DNA of 64,000 nt from an uncultured bacterium (GCA_965612735.1 CBFDSV010000005.1:866-64865), one strand, 5' to 3'; shown: positions 53,327 through 63,998, counted from the stretch's first letter. Notes: generated from the letters alone by a model not told the origin. Program-made: numbers and translations.

Positions 53327-53729
53327 AGAGGTGTTCCTGGTATTCGGGGAGATTGACAACCGCAGAATTTAATTCCTGGTCATCAAGGTTTGCATATTTA
53401 TCAATAACATAATCGGCAACAGAAAGAATATCATCAGGAAGTTCAACATTCCTATCCTTAACCAGCCTGAAGAACCCTCTTACAGGATTACCCTCTTCAT
53501 CCTTTATTTCTATCTTTTCAACACCATCAATTGACATCAGGAATGGTGGAAACCCTTCTATATAGAACCCATAAGGGGTTATCACATAATCAAAATCCGT
53601 GCAGGGCTTCCCGTGCCTTCTCCTGCATTCTGTATCAATCAGGAAAAGTAGCCTGCTCAACCTGAAAGGATGCTGGTCAGGCACCTTTTTCAATAAATAT
53701 AAAACAAGCATTTCATTAATCCTTTTCAT
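53310..53729 (-). CDS. Hypothetical protein (139 aa), possibly Panacea/DUF4065 (SocA-antitoxin-like) domain.
   Basis: No confident motif. Weak resemblance to DUF4065 (LSRLLFLID...G.P.T...YV....GFY). Its C-terminal residues are encoded by the REP element. Confidence 0.4.
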   Translation of the reverse strand: MKRINEMLVLYLLKKVPDQHPFRLSRLLFLIDTECRRRHGKPCTDFDYVITPYGFYIEGFPPFLMSIDGVEKIEIKDEEGNPVRGFFRLVKDRNVELPDDILSVADYVIDKYANLDDQELNSAVVNLPEYQEHLSRDGG

Positions 53730-53789
53730 AAAAATATAATAATAATTTTATATTCTCTGTCAACATTGCAACATGTGATTCCAGAGTTC

Positions 53790-55163
53790 TTAAAGGTTGT
53801 GTTTTCTTAATTCCTTCTCCACCCTGCCAAAAATCTCATCAACACTGGAATGGATTTTATCCATATCAAACAAAGACCTGAGTTCCTCCTCTTTGCACAA
53901 CCTTTTAATATCTTCATCCTGAAGCAGGTAATCAAGGAATGAGTTTTCTCCTTCCCAAGCCTTCATACCGTTCCTCTGGACAATTTTGTATGCCTCATCC
54001 CTGGTCAGACCCTTCTTTACAAGGAAAAGAAGAACTGAACCTGAAAATATGAGCCCCTTTGTCAGGTTAAGGTTTCTTTCCATATTCTCTCTATACACAG
54101 TCAGGTTCTCAATAACAAACGTTGCCTTCTTAATCATGTATGCAAGGAGTTCTGATGCATCAGGAAGAACAATCCTCTCCACAGATGAGTGGCTTATATC
54201 CCTTTCATTCCATAGTGCATTGTTCTCAAGCACAGAGACAAGATATCCTCTGAGAAGCCTTGCCATACCTGTTAATCTTTCACAGACTATTGGGTTCCTC
54301 TTGTGGGGCATTGCAGATGAGCCTCTCTGACCTTTTGTGAATGGCTCTTCAAGCTCCCTTATCTCCGTCCTCTGGAGATGCCTTATCTCCATTGCCATCC
54401 TCTCAATTGCCTCACCAACCATCACAAGGGAATATATAAACTCAATGTATCTGTCCCTTGGAACAATCTGGGTTGATACAGGTTCAGGCTTTAAACCTAA
54501 TTTTTCAAGTGCAATCTTCTCTACCTTTGAGGGAAGGTGGGAGTATGTCCCAACAGGTCCTGAAATTTTTCCATATGTAACAAATCCCAAGGTCTGGTTC
54601 AACCTCTTTTTAGCCCTGTTCAGTTCACTCACCCACGAGAGGATTTTAAGCCCAAGTGTTGTTGGTTCTGCATGGATACCATGGGTTCTTCCCACAATGG
54701 GTGTATATTTTTCTTCAACCGCCCTTTCCCAGGAAGCCTTTATCAACCCGTCAAGCATCCCAATGATTGTTTCAATGGTTCTCTTCATTAAAATGGCAAT
54801 GGCAGTATCAATAACATCGGAGGAGGTAAGTCCATAGTGGACAAACCTGCCTGCATCACCTGTCTGCTTTTCAATTGAAGACACAAACGCAATAATGTCA
54901 TGCCTTGTAACCTCTTCAATCTCTTTTATGCCCCGGATGTCAATCCTGGCACTCTCCTTCACCTTTTTAGACATACCCTTGGGGATTATACCAAGCCTTT
55001 CCTGAGCCTCCATAACCGCAATCTCAACATCAAGGTATGTTCTAAACCTGCTCTCCTCATCCCATATCTGTTTTATCTCATCAACCCTGTATCTATCAAT
55101 CATCCTTCCTCCATATTTTGAAGAAGTATTCCTCAAGTTCCCCTGCAATATCCCTGTTTTCAA
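53790..55163 (-). CDS. purB: Adenylosuccinate lyase.
   Basis: Fumarate-lyase signature GSSAMPHKRNP. Length and collinearity with PurB. True start probably the Met in MIDRYRVDEIKQIW. Confidence 0.9.
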   Translation of the reverse strand: MKTGILQGNLRNTSSKYGGRMIDRYRVDEIKQIWDEESRFRTYLDVEIAVMEAQERLGIIPKGMSKKVKESARIDIRGIKEIEEVTRHDIIAFVSSIEKQTGDAGRFVHYGLTSSDVIDTAIAILMKRTIETIIGMLDGLIKASWERAVEEKYTPIVGRTHGIHAEPTTLGLKILSWVSELNRAKKRLNQTLGFVTYGKISGPVGTYSHLPSKVEKIALEKLGLKPEPVSTQIVPRDRYIEFIYSLVMVGEAIERMAMEIRHLQRTEIRELEEPFTKGQRGSSAMPHKRNPIVCERLTGMARLLRGYLVSVLENNALWNERDISHSSVERIVLPDASELLAYMIKKATFVIENLTVYRENMERNLNLTKGLIFSGSVLLFLVKKGLTRDEAYKIVQRNGMKAWEGENSFLDYLLQDEDIKRLCKEEELRSLFDMDKIHSSVDEIFGRVEKELRKHNL

Positions 55164-55620
55164 TCACAACATTCACCTCATTGTTCTTCTCCAGGGCACT
55201 TTCTGTCCAGTTTGTTGACCCTATCAGGACTGTTGCATGGTCAAAAATGCCGAATTTAGCATGGGTGGTAGGATAGGGTGTGTCAAAACAGACCTTAACC
55301 CCAACCTTCATCAAACTCTCTGCAAAGGCTGTATTTTCAGCATTCAATGAGGAATCATAATAACTTGAATCCAGAAGCACACGCACATCAACCCCTCTGG
55401 ACACTGCACTGGCAAGGTCTTCGTAAATGTATTCAACAAGACTTCCCTTCTTGAAATTGGCAACAAACATGCACATATATATGGATTGATTTGCACCTTC
55501 AACCAGTTTATGGAACTCAGTGTAATAATCCTGGTTGTTTACAAGCCTTTCAACAAGAGGCTGTGTATCACTCCTGTAACAGGATATAAAAAGAACTCCT
55601 AATATAAGAAACCTTCTCAA
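55096..55620 (-). CDS. Secreted phospholipase D-family (Nuc-like) HKD protein.
   Basis: Signal/lipobox-like N-terminus. Single HKD motif HAKFGIFDHATVLIGSTNWT. 174 aa (homodimeric Nuc-type size). Confidence 0.65.
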   Translation of the reverse strand: MRRFLILGVLFISCYRSDTQPLVERLVNNQDYYTEFHKLVEGANQSIYMCMFVANFKKGSLVEYIYEDLASAVSRGVDVRVLLDSSYYDSSLNAENTAFAESLMKVGVKVCFDTPYPTTHAKFGIFDHATVLIGSTNWTESALEKNNEVNVVIENRDIAGELEEYFFKIWRKDD

Positions 55621-55838
55621 TCCTTTTTCTCTTCACTCCCCATCTTTATGGGCATGAAAACACCTATCAGATACCCGAGTATTCCTGAAATAAGTATCAC
55701 AACAATGGTCCTTGGCTGGAACTTCCAGAAGAATAACCACAGGGTTGACTGGACAATCGCATTCTGAATAATGAGAATCAAAAAGAGAATCACCACGACA
55801 ATCCATGTTATGAGTTTTGCTTTTACTGTTCCTTTCAT
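55617..55838 (-). CDS. Small membrane protein (73 aa, 2 TM), LapA/DUF1049-like.
   Basis: Two hydrophobic helices. Stop overlaps the start of the PLD gene. Confidence 0.4.
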   Translation of the reverse strand: MKGTVKAKLITWIVVVILFLILIIQNAIVQSTLWLFFWKFQPRTIVVILISGILGYLIGVFMPIKMGSEEKKD

Positions 55839-55846
55839 CTTCCCTC

Positions 55847-56944
55847 CTATTTTAAGATTATAATCTTCTTACCATTCCTGAACACAATCCTGCCATGCCT
55901 TCCCTTTCTACCAAGAATATCAAAAACCCCTGTCTTTTTTACAGACTCTGGTGGCAACTCACTGATACCCAATTGAGGAAAGACCATCACCCTCAATCCA
56001 TTTACCGGGTTTCCCCTGAAGTAACTCACATACCCATCTTCACCCATCAATGTGATTGATGTGCCATTAGAACCTGCAACCGTATCCACTGCGGGATAGT
56101 AATTCCACACACCAGTGAACCTTGCTATGAAGAGATAAGCAGGGAAAGTGCCCTGAACATAGGAAATTATTGGCTGTCCATACCTGTCAAGTATTATATC
56201 TGTCCAGTATCCCGCCTCTGTGTTGTTATCAACTGTATCAATGGTAAAATCAGGGGGTATGCCATATGCATGAAGCAGGTCACCATAATAACCCATGTAT
56301 GAAATGTGCACTGTCCCATTATCTGCAACTGCAACAGAGGAGTACTTACCCCCATTATCCACAGTATAAATGTTCACAGATCCGTCAATCACTGCCAGAT
56401 GGAGATTTGTGTATGTCTGTGAATAATACGTGGCGTATATCTTCCCATCAGAACCAAGGAATGCAGATGTCCACAATCCAGAGTCCCCCCTGTTATCTAT
56501 AACCTCTCTTGTCCAGCCACCTGACTTGTATGCATGCTTAAAATCACCATTGGTTGCATCATAGTAGAATATGTGAGGAACGCCGTTCTTCACAACAATG
56601 GAAGTATATAGACCCACATTTCCCGTTGCATCCACTGTTTCAACATTAAAATCAGTTCCACTTCCACTTGCGCACTTCAAATCCCCATTTGTGTTGTCAT
56701 AATAGGATATCCAGACTGTTCCCCTGTAAACATATATTGATGTGAATTGCCCAACATCTCCTGATGCGTCAATGGTATAGTAGTGCCAGGTATCCCCGAT
56801 CTTCCATGCATACTTCAAATCACCATCATCCACATCATAATAGGAGACATAGAGTGTATCACCTGAGTATGTGATGGATGAGTAGGTTCCACAATTCCCT
56901 GTATCAACATTCTCCCAGTAATAGGCAAAGATTATCCAGAACAT
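55847..56944 (-). CDS. Hypothetical repeat protein (about 45-aa repeats with ...GTxHISYYDxxNGDLKYAWK... units), possibly secreted.
   Basis: At least 6 tandem degenerate repeats sharing YYD..NGD(L/F)K(Y/H/C)A. No homology recognised. Confidence 0.4.
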   Translation of the reverse strand: MFWIIFAYYWENVDTGNCGTYSSITYSGDTLYVSYYDVDDGDLKYAWKIGDTWHYYTIDASGDVGQFTSIYVYRGTVWISYYDNTNGDLKCASGSGTDFNVETVDATGNVGLYTSIVVKNGVPHIFYYDATNGDFKHAYKSGGWTREVIDNRGDSGLWTSAFLGSDGKIYATYYSQTYTNLHLAVIDGSVNIYTVDNGGKYSSVAVADNGTVHISYMGYYGDLLHAYGIPPDFTIDTVDNNTEAGYWTDIILDRYGQPIISYVQGTFPAYLFIARFTGVWNYYPAVDTVAGSNGTSITLMGEDGYVSYFRGNPVNGLRVMVFPQLGISELPPESVKKTGVFDILGRKGRHGRIVFRNGKKIIILK

Positions 56945-56945
56945 A

Positions 56946-58757
56946 TCAATCCACCGTTATTGTTTTGGATATGTTCTTGGGGAAATCAGGGTCAATCCCC
57001 CTGTTCACCCCAAGGTGGTATGCAAGCAACTGGAAGAATATGGTTGCTGATATGGGCACAAGGTAAGGATTGTCTGTGGGCAGAGGGATGAATATATCAC
57101 TCACCTCTTCAAGTTCCGGGTCTTCTGGAGCAACTGTGATAACCTTTCCCAGTCTGGTTTTCACCTCCTGGATGTGGGACAGGACAAAGAACTTGTCCTC
57201 TATGGTGGATACAAAGAACACAGGGTAATCCTGATGCACAATAGAGAGAGGACCATGTTTAAACTCACCAGAGTACATACCCTCTGCATGTACATATACA
57301 ACCTCTTTCACCTTCAAAGCACCTTCCAGTGCAGCAGGATAGGTGAGACCATAACCAAGTATATAAAACTCATTGAACCTATCCACTGCCTGTATAACCT
57401 TATCAACATACTCCTCTGATATTTCAATACTCTTCTCAAGTATCCATGGTATCTTTTCAAAGGGGATGGTTGGAACATTCAGCATCTTCTTCTTTGCACT
57501 CAATACTGCCATATTCAGGAAGAGTATTGCCTGATTTACAAAGGTCTTTGTTGCAGGAACAGAGATCTCAATATCAGATGCAATGGGAAGCACAAGGTCG
57601 CTCAAAAGTGCAATTGTGGAGCCAAGATTATTCACAACAGAAATTATCTTCCCTTCGGTCTTCTCCCTGAATACATCGCATACGTTTTTCACATCCTTTG
57701 TCTCTCCGCTCTGGGAAACAGCAATAAGAAGATCATCGTCCTCAAGAACAGGAGCATAGAATTCCCTGAAATCAGAGGCAAAAGAGATATTGAGGAGTTT
57801 ACCTGAGATTCTTGAAAAATAATAAGTACCAAGAAGCGCTGAATGATAAGAAGTTCCAGCACCTGTTATAAATACACGCGGAGAGGCATTAATTAAATCT
57901 ACACCTTCGTCATAAACCACATTCCCGCTCATAAGCCCAATAAGACTATGAGCCTTCTGGGGCGATTCGTATATCTCCTTCAACATAAAATGGGGGAATG
58001 AACCCTTCTCTACAGTACCTATATCCAGGTCTATCTCCTCAAGGTTCTTTTCAATAATCTCACCTGTATCAAGGTCTCTTACAATAAAATAATCAGTGCC
58101 AAATTCTACAAACTCTCCATCTGAAAGCGTGAGTATCTGTTTTGTATGGTCAAGGATTGAGGCAAGGTCACTTGAAGCACAGTAATACCCATCTCCCTTT
58201 CCAAGAAAGAGAGAAGAACCCTTCTTCACCACAAACATCCTGTCCTCATCTCTCTTTGTTATAATGCATGCAAAATCACCCTCAAGGTCCTTTGTTCCCT
58301 GAACAATAGCCTGAACCATATCACCGGTAATCTTATAGTAATCCTCTATTACATGGAGGATAACCTCTCCATCATTCTCACCCATAAGTTTATGACCTGA
58401 ACTCTCCAGCCTCATTCTCAGGGCAGGTGTATTTATGATATTCCCATTATGTGCGCCAAGGAATTCACCAGTGCAGTCCTTATGGGGTTGTGCATTCCTC
58501 ACAGATGGAACACCAAAAGTAGCCCACCTCAACTGGATAATTCCCTTTTTACCTGAAAGTTCTGCGAACCTGTGTTTTTCTGCAACCTCTTCTATCTTGC
58601 CAACATCCTTCCTTATCTCCACATTACCTGACCCATCAACAACACCTACACCTGAGGTGTCATAACCCCTGTAGGAGAGCCTCTTACCTGCCTTAAAAAG
58701 GACCTCTCCCATCTCCCTTCTCTCATCGCTGTAGATAATGCCGAAAAATCCACACAT
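56946..58757 (-). CDS. glmS: Glutamine--fructose-6-phosphate aminotransferase (isomerizing).
   Basis: N-terminal MCGFFGI (Cys1 amidotransferase). Two SIS domains. C-terminal ...TVD. 603 aa. Confidence 0.95.
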   Translation of the reverse strand: MCGFFGIIYSDERREMGEVLFKAGKRLSYRGYDTSGVGVVDGSGNVEIRKDVGKIEEVAEKHRFAELSGKKGIIQLRWATFGVPSVRNAQPHKDCTGEFLGAHNGNIINTPALRMRLESSGHKLMGENDGEVILHVIEDYYKITGDMVQAIVQGTKDLEGDFACIITKRDEDRMFVVKKGSSLFLGKGDGYYCASSDLASILDHTKQILTLSDGEFVEFGTDYFIVRDLDTGEIIEKNLEEIDLDIGTVEKGSFPHFMLKEIYESPQKAHSLIGLMSGNVVYDEGVDLINASPRVFITGAGTSYHSALLGTYYFSRISGKLLNISFASDFREFYAPVLEDDDLLIAVSQSGETKDVKNVCDVFREKTEGKIISVVNNLGSTIALLSDLVLPIASDIEISVPATKTFVNQAILFLNMAVLSAKKKMLNVPTIPFEKIPWILEKSIEISEEYVDKVIQAVDRFNEFYILGYGLTYPAALEGALKVKEVVYVHAEGMYSGEFKHGPLSIVHQDYPVFFVSTIEDKFFVLSHIQEVKTRLGKVITVAPEDPELEEVSDIFIPLPTDNPYLVPISATIFFQLLAYHLGVNRGIDPDFPKNISKTITVD

Positions 58758-58831
58758 GCGCTCTCTCCTTTTCTGTAATTCTATCTTTACACCGAGATAA
58801 TGTCAAGCCCAGCATAAAACAAAGATTTACC

Positions 58832-58863
58832 AAAAGTGTCAAAAAGTCAACCTCCGACCCCGG
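58832..58863 (-). repeat. REP-like element, copy 6 (-). The reverse complement is CCGGGGGTCGGAGGTTGACTTTTTGACACTTTT.
   Basis: Same family. Lies about 75 nt upstream of glmS in the same orientation. Confidence 0.65.
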
Positions 58864-58923
58864 ATATGATTAAAGGTTGACATAACAAGAAAAAAAGAGT
58901 AGAATAATACAGTGACCTAAACT

Positions 58924-59511
58924 ATGAAGAAATTGATATTTATACTTTTTTTTATCTATCCTATTAGCGTCAGTTCCGGGTATAAAGGAACCGGGGGATG
59001 GCATCATTTTGCTGTATTAGATGGTACATTTTCTTTGTCCTGCGGAAGGATTTCAATTGGAAAAATAGCCGTTGGATGGGGTGGAAGCTATTTTTTAAAT
59101 CCCGGTATTGGTGCAGGAATGATCCTGCTTGAGGGAGTTGGCGCCGATGCTCAGGGTGATTGGGGAGCTTCTGGATACGGTTCTGCTTTTATTGAAATGA
59201 TGGTACCTCTTTATCATCTTGTGGTAATCAAAAAACCTAAAATAGGATTTTATCCTATTGTCTTTTATTCCATTTTTACTCTGAATTCATGGGGAGACTG
59301 GTTAGACGCCTTTGAAGGCTATGACCATCAACAACACTTTTATTGGGCTGTGGGTATTGACTTCACACTTTTCATAGTCACTGTGGGAATTGAAGCAGGT
59401 GGGCTGGAAATTACAAACGTGCAAAATGAAACAAAAAGCTTCCCATACATAGGTCTACATTTAGGTTTGTTGAGCAGCTGGATAGTTGATAAAGTTATTC
59501 ACGAAAAATAA
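58924..59511 (+). CDS. Hypothetical secreted protein.
   Basis: Signal peptide MKKLIFILFFIYPISVSSG. Gly/aromatic rich. No recognised domain. Confidence 0.4.
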   Translation: MKKLIFILFFIYPISVSSGYKGTGGWHHFAVLDGTFSLSCGRISIGKIAVGWGGSYFLNPGIGAGMILLEGVGADAQGDWGASGYGSAFIEMMVPLYHLVVIKKPKIGFYPIVFYSIFTLNSWGDWLDAFEGYDHQQHFYWAVGIDFTLFIVTVGIEAGGLEITNVQNETKSFPYIGLHLGLLSSWIVDKVIHEK

Positions 59512-59680
59512 TGTTTTATTCCTCTCTGGCTCAAATTAATCTCTTCCCTTACAGTATCTCTTTAATCAAATTTATCAAAGAACTGACTTTGCATAATAGA
59601 TAAACGCTCATTTAGACAACCCAAATGGGGGGATTGAATTTTTCTGATTATTGCGTATCCTTTCATAAAAAGGAGGTCAT

Positions 59681-60742
59681 ATGGGTTCAGGGTTTCTTAA
59701 CAGGGTCTATTTTGGTAATACCCTTTTGAATTATCTGATAAGTGCAGGAATCATCATTGCAGGACTTATCATACTGAAGATTATTGAAAAGGTATCCATA
59801 CACAGGATAAAGGCCTTCACCTCAAAAACAAAACTCACCATAGACGACCTGATTGTGGAGATTATAGAGCGGTCAGTCTTTCCTGGCCTCTACTTTGGTA
59901 TTATTTATATAGCCCTGAAACGCCTTACACTCACTCCAATACTTACAAAAATCCTTGATATTGCTGGAACATTTGTTTTAAGTTTCCTCCTGATAAGGGC
60001 AGTAGTTATCCTTGCTGGTTACGGTCTTGAGAGATTCTGGCTCAGGCGTGAGCAGGACGAGAACAAGGTTAGAAGTATCACAGGAATAATCACTGTTATA
60101 AAGGGAATTATCTGGGCAGGTGGTATTATATTCATGCTTGATAACCTTGGTTTCAATGTTTCCACTGTTATCACAGGTCTGGGCATTGGTGGTGTGGCAG
60201 TGGCACTTGCTGCTCAGGCGGTGCTTGGTGACCTTTTTGCATACTTCACCATCTTCTTTGATAAGCCATTTGAGATTGGCGACTTCATTGTTGTTGGAGA
60301 CCTCATGGGAACTGTGGAGCATATCGGGATAAAGAGCACAAGGCTCAGAAGCATAAGTGGTGAGGAACTTGTCTTTTCAAACAAGGACCTTACAAACTCA
60401 AGGATAAAAAACTTCAGGAGAATGAACAGGAGAAGGGTTGCATTCTCCATTGGCGTAACCTATGATACCCCACTTGAGAAGGTTAAAAAATTACCTGGGG
60501 TGATAAAAGGGGTGATTGACAGAATAGATAAAGCCACCTTTGACAGGGCACACTTTGCCTCCTTTGACGATTCATGGCTCAGGTTTGAGATAGTTTACTA
60601 TGTGGAGTCCAGTGATTACTATGTGTACATGGACATACAACAGGAGATAAATCTTAAATTGAAGGAAAAGTTTGAAAAAATGGGAATTGATTTTGCATTC
60701 CCAAGCCAGACCATATACCTTGTGAATCAGGGAAATGGGTAA
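59681..60742 (+). CDS. Small-conductance mechanosensitive channel (MscS family).
   Basis: 3 TM helices then the conserved MscS beta-domain (GDFIVVGDLMGTVEHIGIKSTRLRSISGEELVFSN). Confidence 0.85.
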   Translation: MGSGFLNRVYFGNTLLNYLISAGIIIAGLIILKIIEKVSIHRIKAFTSKTKLTIDDLIVEIIERSVFPGLYFGIIYIALKRLTLTPILTKILDIAGTFVLSFLLIRAVVILAGYGLERFWLRREQDENKVRSITGIITVIKGIIWAGGIIFMLDNLGFNVSTVITGLGIGGVAVALAAQAVLGDLFAYFTIFFDKPFEIGDFIVVGDLMGTVEHIGIKSTRLRSISGEELVFSNKDLTNSRIKNFRRMNRRRVAFSIGVTYDTPLEKVKKLPGVIKGVIDRIDKATFDRAHFASFDDSWLRFEIVYYVESSDYYVYMDIQQEINLKLKEKFEKMGIDFAFPSQTIYLVNQGNG

Positions 60743-61604
60743 GTTTTTCGTATTCAGTGGTAGGAACCATACAATAGAGTACTTCCCCTCAATAGTCTGG
60801 GCAAGCCCTGTGCTTATAAGGGGAAATAGAAATATACTGATTGACCCGGGTGGCATTCTTCCATCAAACCTCCCTGAAATTCACGAAATCTGGATTACAC
60901 ATGCACATCCAGACCATATCTCCATGATAGACAGGTTTGGGAACATCCCTATTTTTGCTCATCCTGAAGCAGTAAACATCCTTCTTTCAAAAAATCCAGG
61001 TGGAGCATCCAACAAAAGGGAACTTGATACCTGCCTTGAAAAATTGAAAGGTGCAGTTGGCTGGAGAAGGATACTCCTGATGGCCATAGCGCATGTTCTG
61101 GTGAGGGGATTTGGCCTCTTTTTTATAAGGGGGGGCAGGGGGGTGAGCAATGTTCATGCATTCAAAGATGGAGAGGAGAGATATGGCATAAAAATAATCT
61201 TCACCCCGGGCCATTCCCCTGATGGTGTGAGTTTTATACTGAAAGACATGGGAATCGCCATATCAGGTGACCTGATAACAGGCAGGAGGAATGCACCAGC
61301 AAACCTCTTTACACCATCAAGCAATCCAATCCATGCATTAAAATCTATTGAAAGACTTATTGATGAAAGGATTGATATAATACTTCCAGGCCATGGAAGA
61401 CCCATATTCAATGCCAGAGAAAGATTAAAAACAGCACTGGAACTGACAATAGAGGAAATTGAATGCGTGAAAAGAAGCCATCCATGGAAGGGTTACTGGT
61501 CAGGTATCCTGAATATACTGAAGTGCATTCACGGTTCAAGGAAAATCATCGCAAGACTCTCTGCACTTGTTTTCTATTCAGGAAAAGCAGAGGACCTACT
61601 TTAA
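60735..61604 (+). CDS. MBL-fold metallo-hydrolase.
   Basis: ITHAHPDH motif. Downstream His/Asp ligands (TPGHSPDG, GHG). Confidence 0.7.
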   Translation: MGKFFVFSGRNHTIEYFPSIVWASPVLIRGNRNILIDPGGILPSNLPEIHEIWITHAHPDHISMIDRFGNIPIFAHPEAVNILLSKNPGGASNKRELDTCLEKLKGAVGWRRILLMAIAHVLVRGFGLFFIRGGRGVSNVHAFKDGEERYGIKIIFTPGHSPDGVSFILKDMGIAISGDLITGRRNAPANLFTPSSNPIHALKSIERLIDERIDIILPGHGRPIFNARERLKTALELTIEEIECVKRSHPWKGYWSGILNILKCIHGSRKIIARLSALVFYSGKAEDLL

Positions 61605-63998
61605 CTTCTTCTTCATCCACCACACAAGCCTCTTTTCCAGAGAAAATGATAGTGGGTTTAAAGGACGTAATGAAGGCTTTTCACCCTTAATAACCCTTGC
61701 AAGAAAATCTGCATACTTTCTGTAAATATGTGCTCCCCCCTGTTCTGCACCCTCCATGAGCATGCTGTTCCACCTCTCTGCCTCCCCAACTTTACCATCA
61801 AGAATATACGCCATCACTATAAGGAAAAGAATCCTCATGGGTGGAAGGACAATCCCTGTGGTTACTATCATGGGGAAACCTGATTTCTTCTCCCTGTTCC
61901 ATACAGAAACAAGGATGTTGACAGCCTGTTCAAACTTTTCTTCCTGTATTAACGAAACACCCCTGTAAACATCTATGAAATTAAGTATTGTTTCATTCCT
62001 GAAGTCCTCTGATATATATCCTGAAGTTCCTTCCTGGAGCAACCGATTGACCACCATTGAAGCCCTTGCAATATCAAGTTCAGTTAAAACCTGACACATG
62101 CCTGCATATTCAATTGCCTTCTCAAGGAGCATACTGGACTGGACATATTCCTCTCTCTCCCTTTCCACTATTGCCATGTTCATCATGTAACTGGAGAGAA
62201 GCCACAGGTTGCCCATATCCTCATGGGCTTCAAGGGTCTTGCTCAACCACTTCTCTGCTTCTTTGTAATTCCCAGAGGCCATTAAAACCTCTGCATGGTC
62301 ATTCCATATCCATGAAGGAACACCACCTTCTGTCTTCCCATATATCTCCATTGCCTTCTTACTGTATTTTAATGATTCCTTAATCCTCTGCTTGGCAACA
62401 TATCCTATTGAGATCAAATGGCAGGAAAAGGCATAATTGTATAATGATTCAGTTTTATCCTTGAAAAATTCCAGTCCTGCCTTTCCTATCTCTATGGTTC
62501 TATCAGCATCTTTATCATTATTCACTGCACTCGCAACAAGGAATCTGATTGTCCAGTAATAACCTGAAGACTGATCCATTTCTTCAAGCACCTTTTCGCT
62601 GAATCTCAGAAGTTCGTCATGTTTCCCTGCCCTGTAATATGAATAAGCAAGGTTGTACAAGAGTCCATCAATCTTCTCCTTCTCACCCCTCTTTCTCACA
62701 TCCCGCAGAACCTTCATTATACCCTGAACGGCCTCCTCTCCCATTCCACTCTCGGTGAGGGCATTAACCAGTCTCTCACCAAGAATCTTTCTCTCCTCAT
62801 CATTAACATCAAAAAGGTCTATTGCAGCACCATAGAGATTGGATGCCTCAAAGTAACCTTTGACCCTCTCTGCCATATCCCCTGCCCTGATTGTATATTC
62901 ATATGCATTTTTCTTATCCCCTGCTGAAATAAAATGATGGGCAATGGAAAACACTGAATTTATTGTATTGGGAGACTTTTTTACCATCTCCTGGGCAATT
63001 CTCCTATGAAGTTCCCTCCTCTCAGGCACTGGAATCCTGTTGTGTATCGCCCACTTCACAATTCCATGGGTGAACTCATATGTTTTCGTATCCTTCTTTA
63101 TGCGCAACAGTCCAATCTTTGAAAGGTTGTCCACAATATCCTCAATCTGGAACTTATCAATCCCCGAAACCCTTGAGAGGAAATCCGAATCAGGGCTTTC
63201 TTCAAGGAGAGATACTATCTTCAGAACAAGAACAGAGTTCTCATCAAGCCTTTTTATCTTTGCCTCAATAATCCCTGTTAATTCAGGGGTTTCTTTAAAA
63301 TAATCAACACCCCTGAAAAGAATCTCTGGTGCACTTATAAGTTGCTCCATAAAAAGAGGATTTCCACCAGAAAGTTTATGTATCCTTTTGAGTTGATTCT
63401 TCCCCATCCTTTTGAAGAGTGGCGCCAGTTTTTCCATATCCCCTTCTTTTAATGGACCAAGTTGTATTCTTGTAAAATTGGGGTATCTGTGGAAAAGTTT
63501 CAATATGTATTCAAGCCTTTTGTTGTAAATCGGAGTTCTCACTATGTAACAGAGGAGCATCTTAAACCTGCTTATACCAGAAGAAAGAATGTTCATAAGG
63601 TCAATACTCCTTGTATCAGCCCACTGGACATCATCAAGTATCAGCATTACAGGATTAAGAACAGAAAGAACCCTGAAGAAGTTCAAAATAGAGTCCTGAA
63701 AAATACCCGGTTCCTTTTCAATATCCAGTTTATTCTCAACCACAAACTCTATCCTTCTCCTGTATTCACCAGACAGGTTTTCCAGAACCCTTAAAAATAA
63801 ATCCCTGTTCCTTATGTACATGTCTTTCAGGATGGTTGTAAAGAGATAAAATGGTGGAAGCGTAGAAAAACTCACACCACCAGCAGAAATTACAAGCCCT
63901 CCCCAGTTGGAAAACAGTTCAGCAGACTCCTGTACAAGACGGGTCTTACCAATCCCTGCCTCACCATTCACCTCAACTATGCACCCTTCACCCTTCAT
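61596..63998 (-). CDS. AAA/NACHT-like ATPase fused to a TPR-repeat domain (signal-transduction regulator-like). The N-terminus is at the window edge, so it may be partial.
   Basis: P-loop GEAGIGKTRLV near the N-terminus. Long alpha-helical TPR-like C-terminal region. 800 aa within the window. Confidence 0.6.
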   Translation of the reverse strand: MKGEGCIVEVNGEAGIGKTRLVQESAELFSNWGGLVISAGGVSFSTLPPFYLFTTILKDMYIRNRDLFLRVLENLSGEYRRRIEFVVENKLDIEKEPGIFQDSILNFFRVLSVLNPVMLILDDVQWADTRSIDLMNILSSGISRFKMLLCYIVRTPIYNKRLEYILKLFHRYPNFTRIQLGPLKEGDMEKLAPLFKRMGKNQLKRIHKLSGGNPLFMEQLISAPEILFRGVDYFKETPELTGIIEAKIKRLDENSVLVLKIVSLLEESPDSDFLSRVSGIDKFQIEDIVDNLSKIGLLRIKKDTKTYEFTHGIVKWAIHNRIPVPERRELHRRIAQEMVKKSPNTINSVFSIAHHFISAGDKKNAYEYTIRAGDMAERVKGYFEASNLYGAAIDLFDVNDEERKILGERLVNALTESGMGEEAVQGIMKVLRDVRKRGEKEKIDGLLYNLAYSYYRAGKHDELLRFSEKVLEEMDQSSGYYWTIRFLVASAVNNDKDADRTIEIGKAGLEFFKDKTESLYNYAFSCHLISIGYVAKQRIKESLKYSKKAMEIYGKTEGGVPSWIWNDHAEVLMASGNYKEAEKWLSKTLEAHEDMGNLWLLSSYMMNMAIVEREREEYVQSSMLLEKAIEYAGMCQVLTELDIARASMVVNRLLQEGTSGYISEDFRNETILNFIDVYRGVSLIQEEKFEQAVNILVSVWNREKKSGFPMIVTTGIVLPPMRILFLIVMAYILDGKVGEAERWNSMLMEGAEQGGAHIYRKYADFLARVIKGEKPSLRPLNPLSFSLEKRLVWWMKKKLK

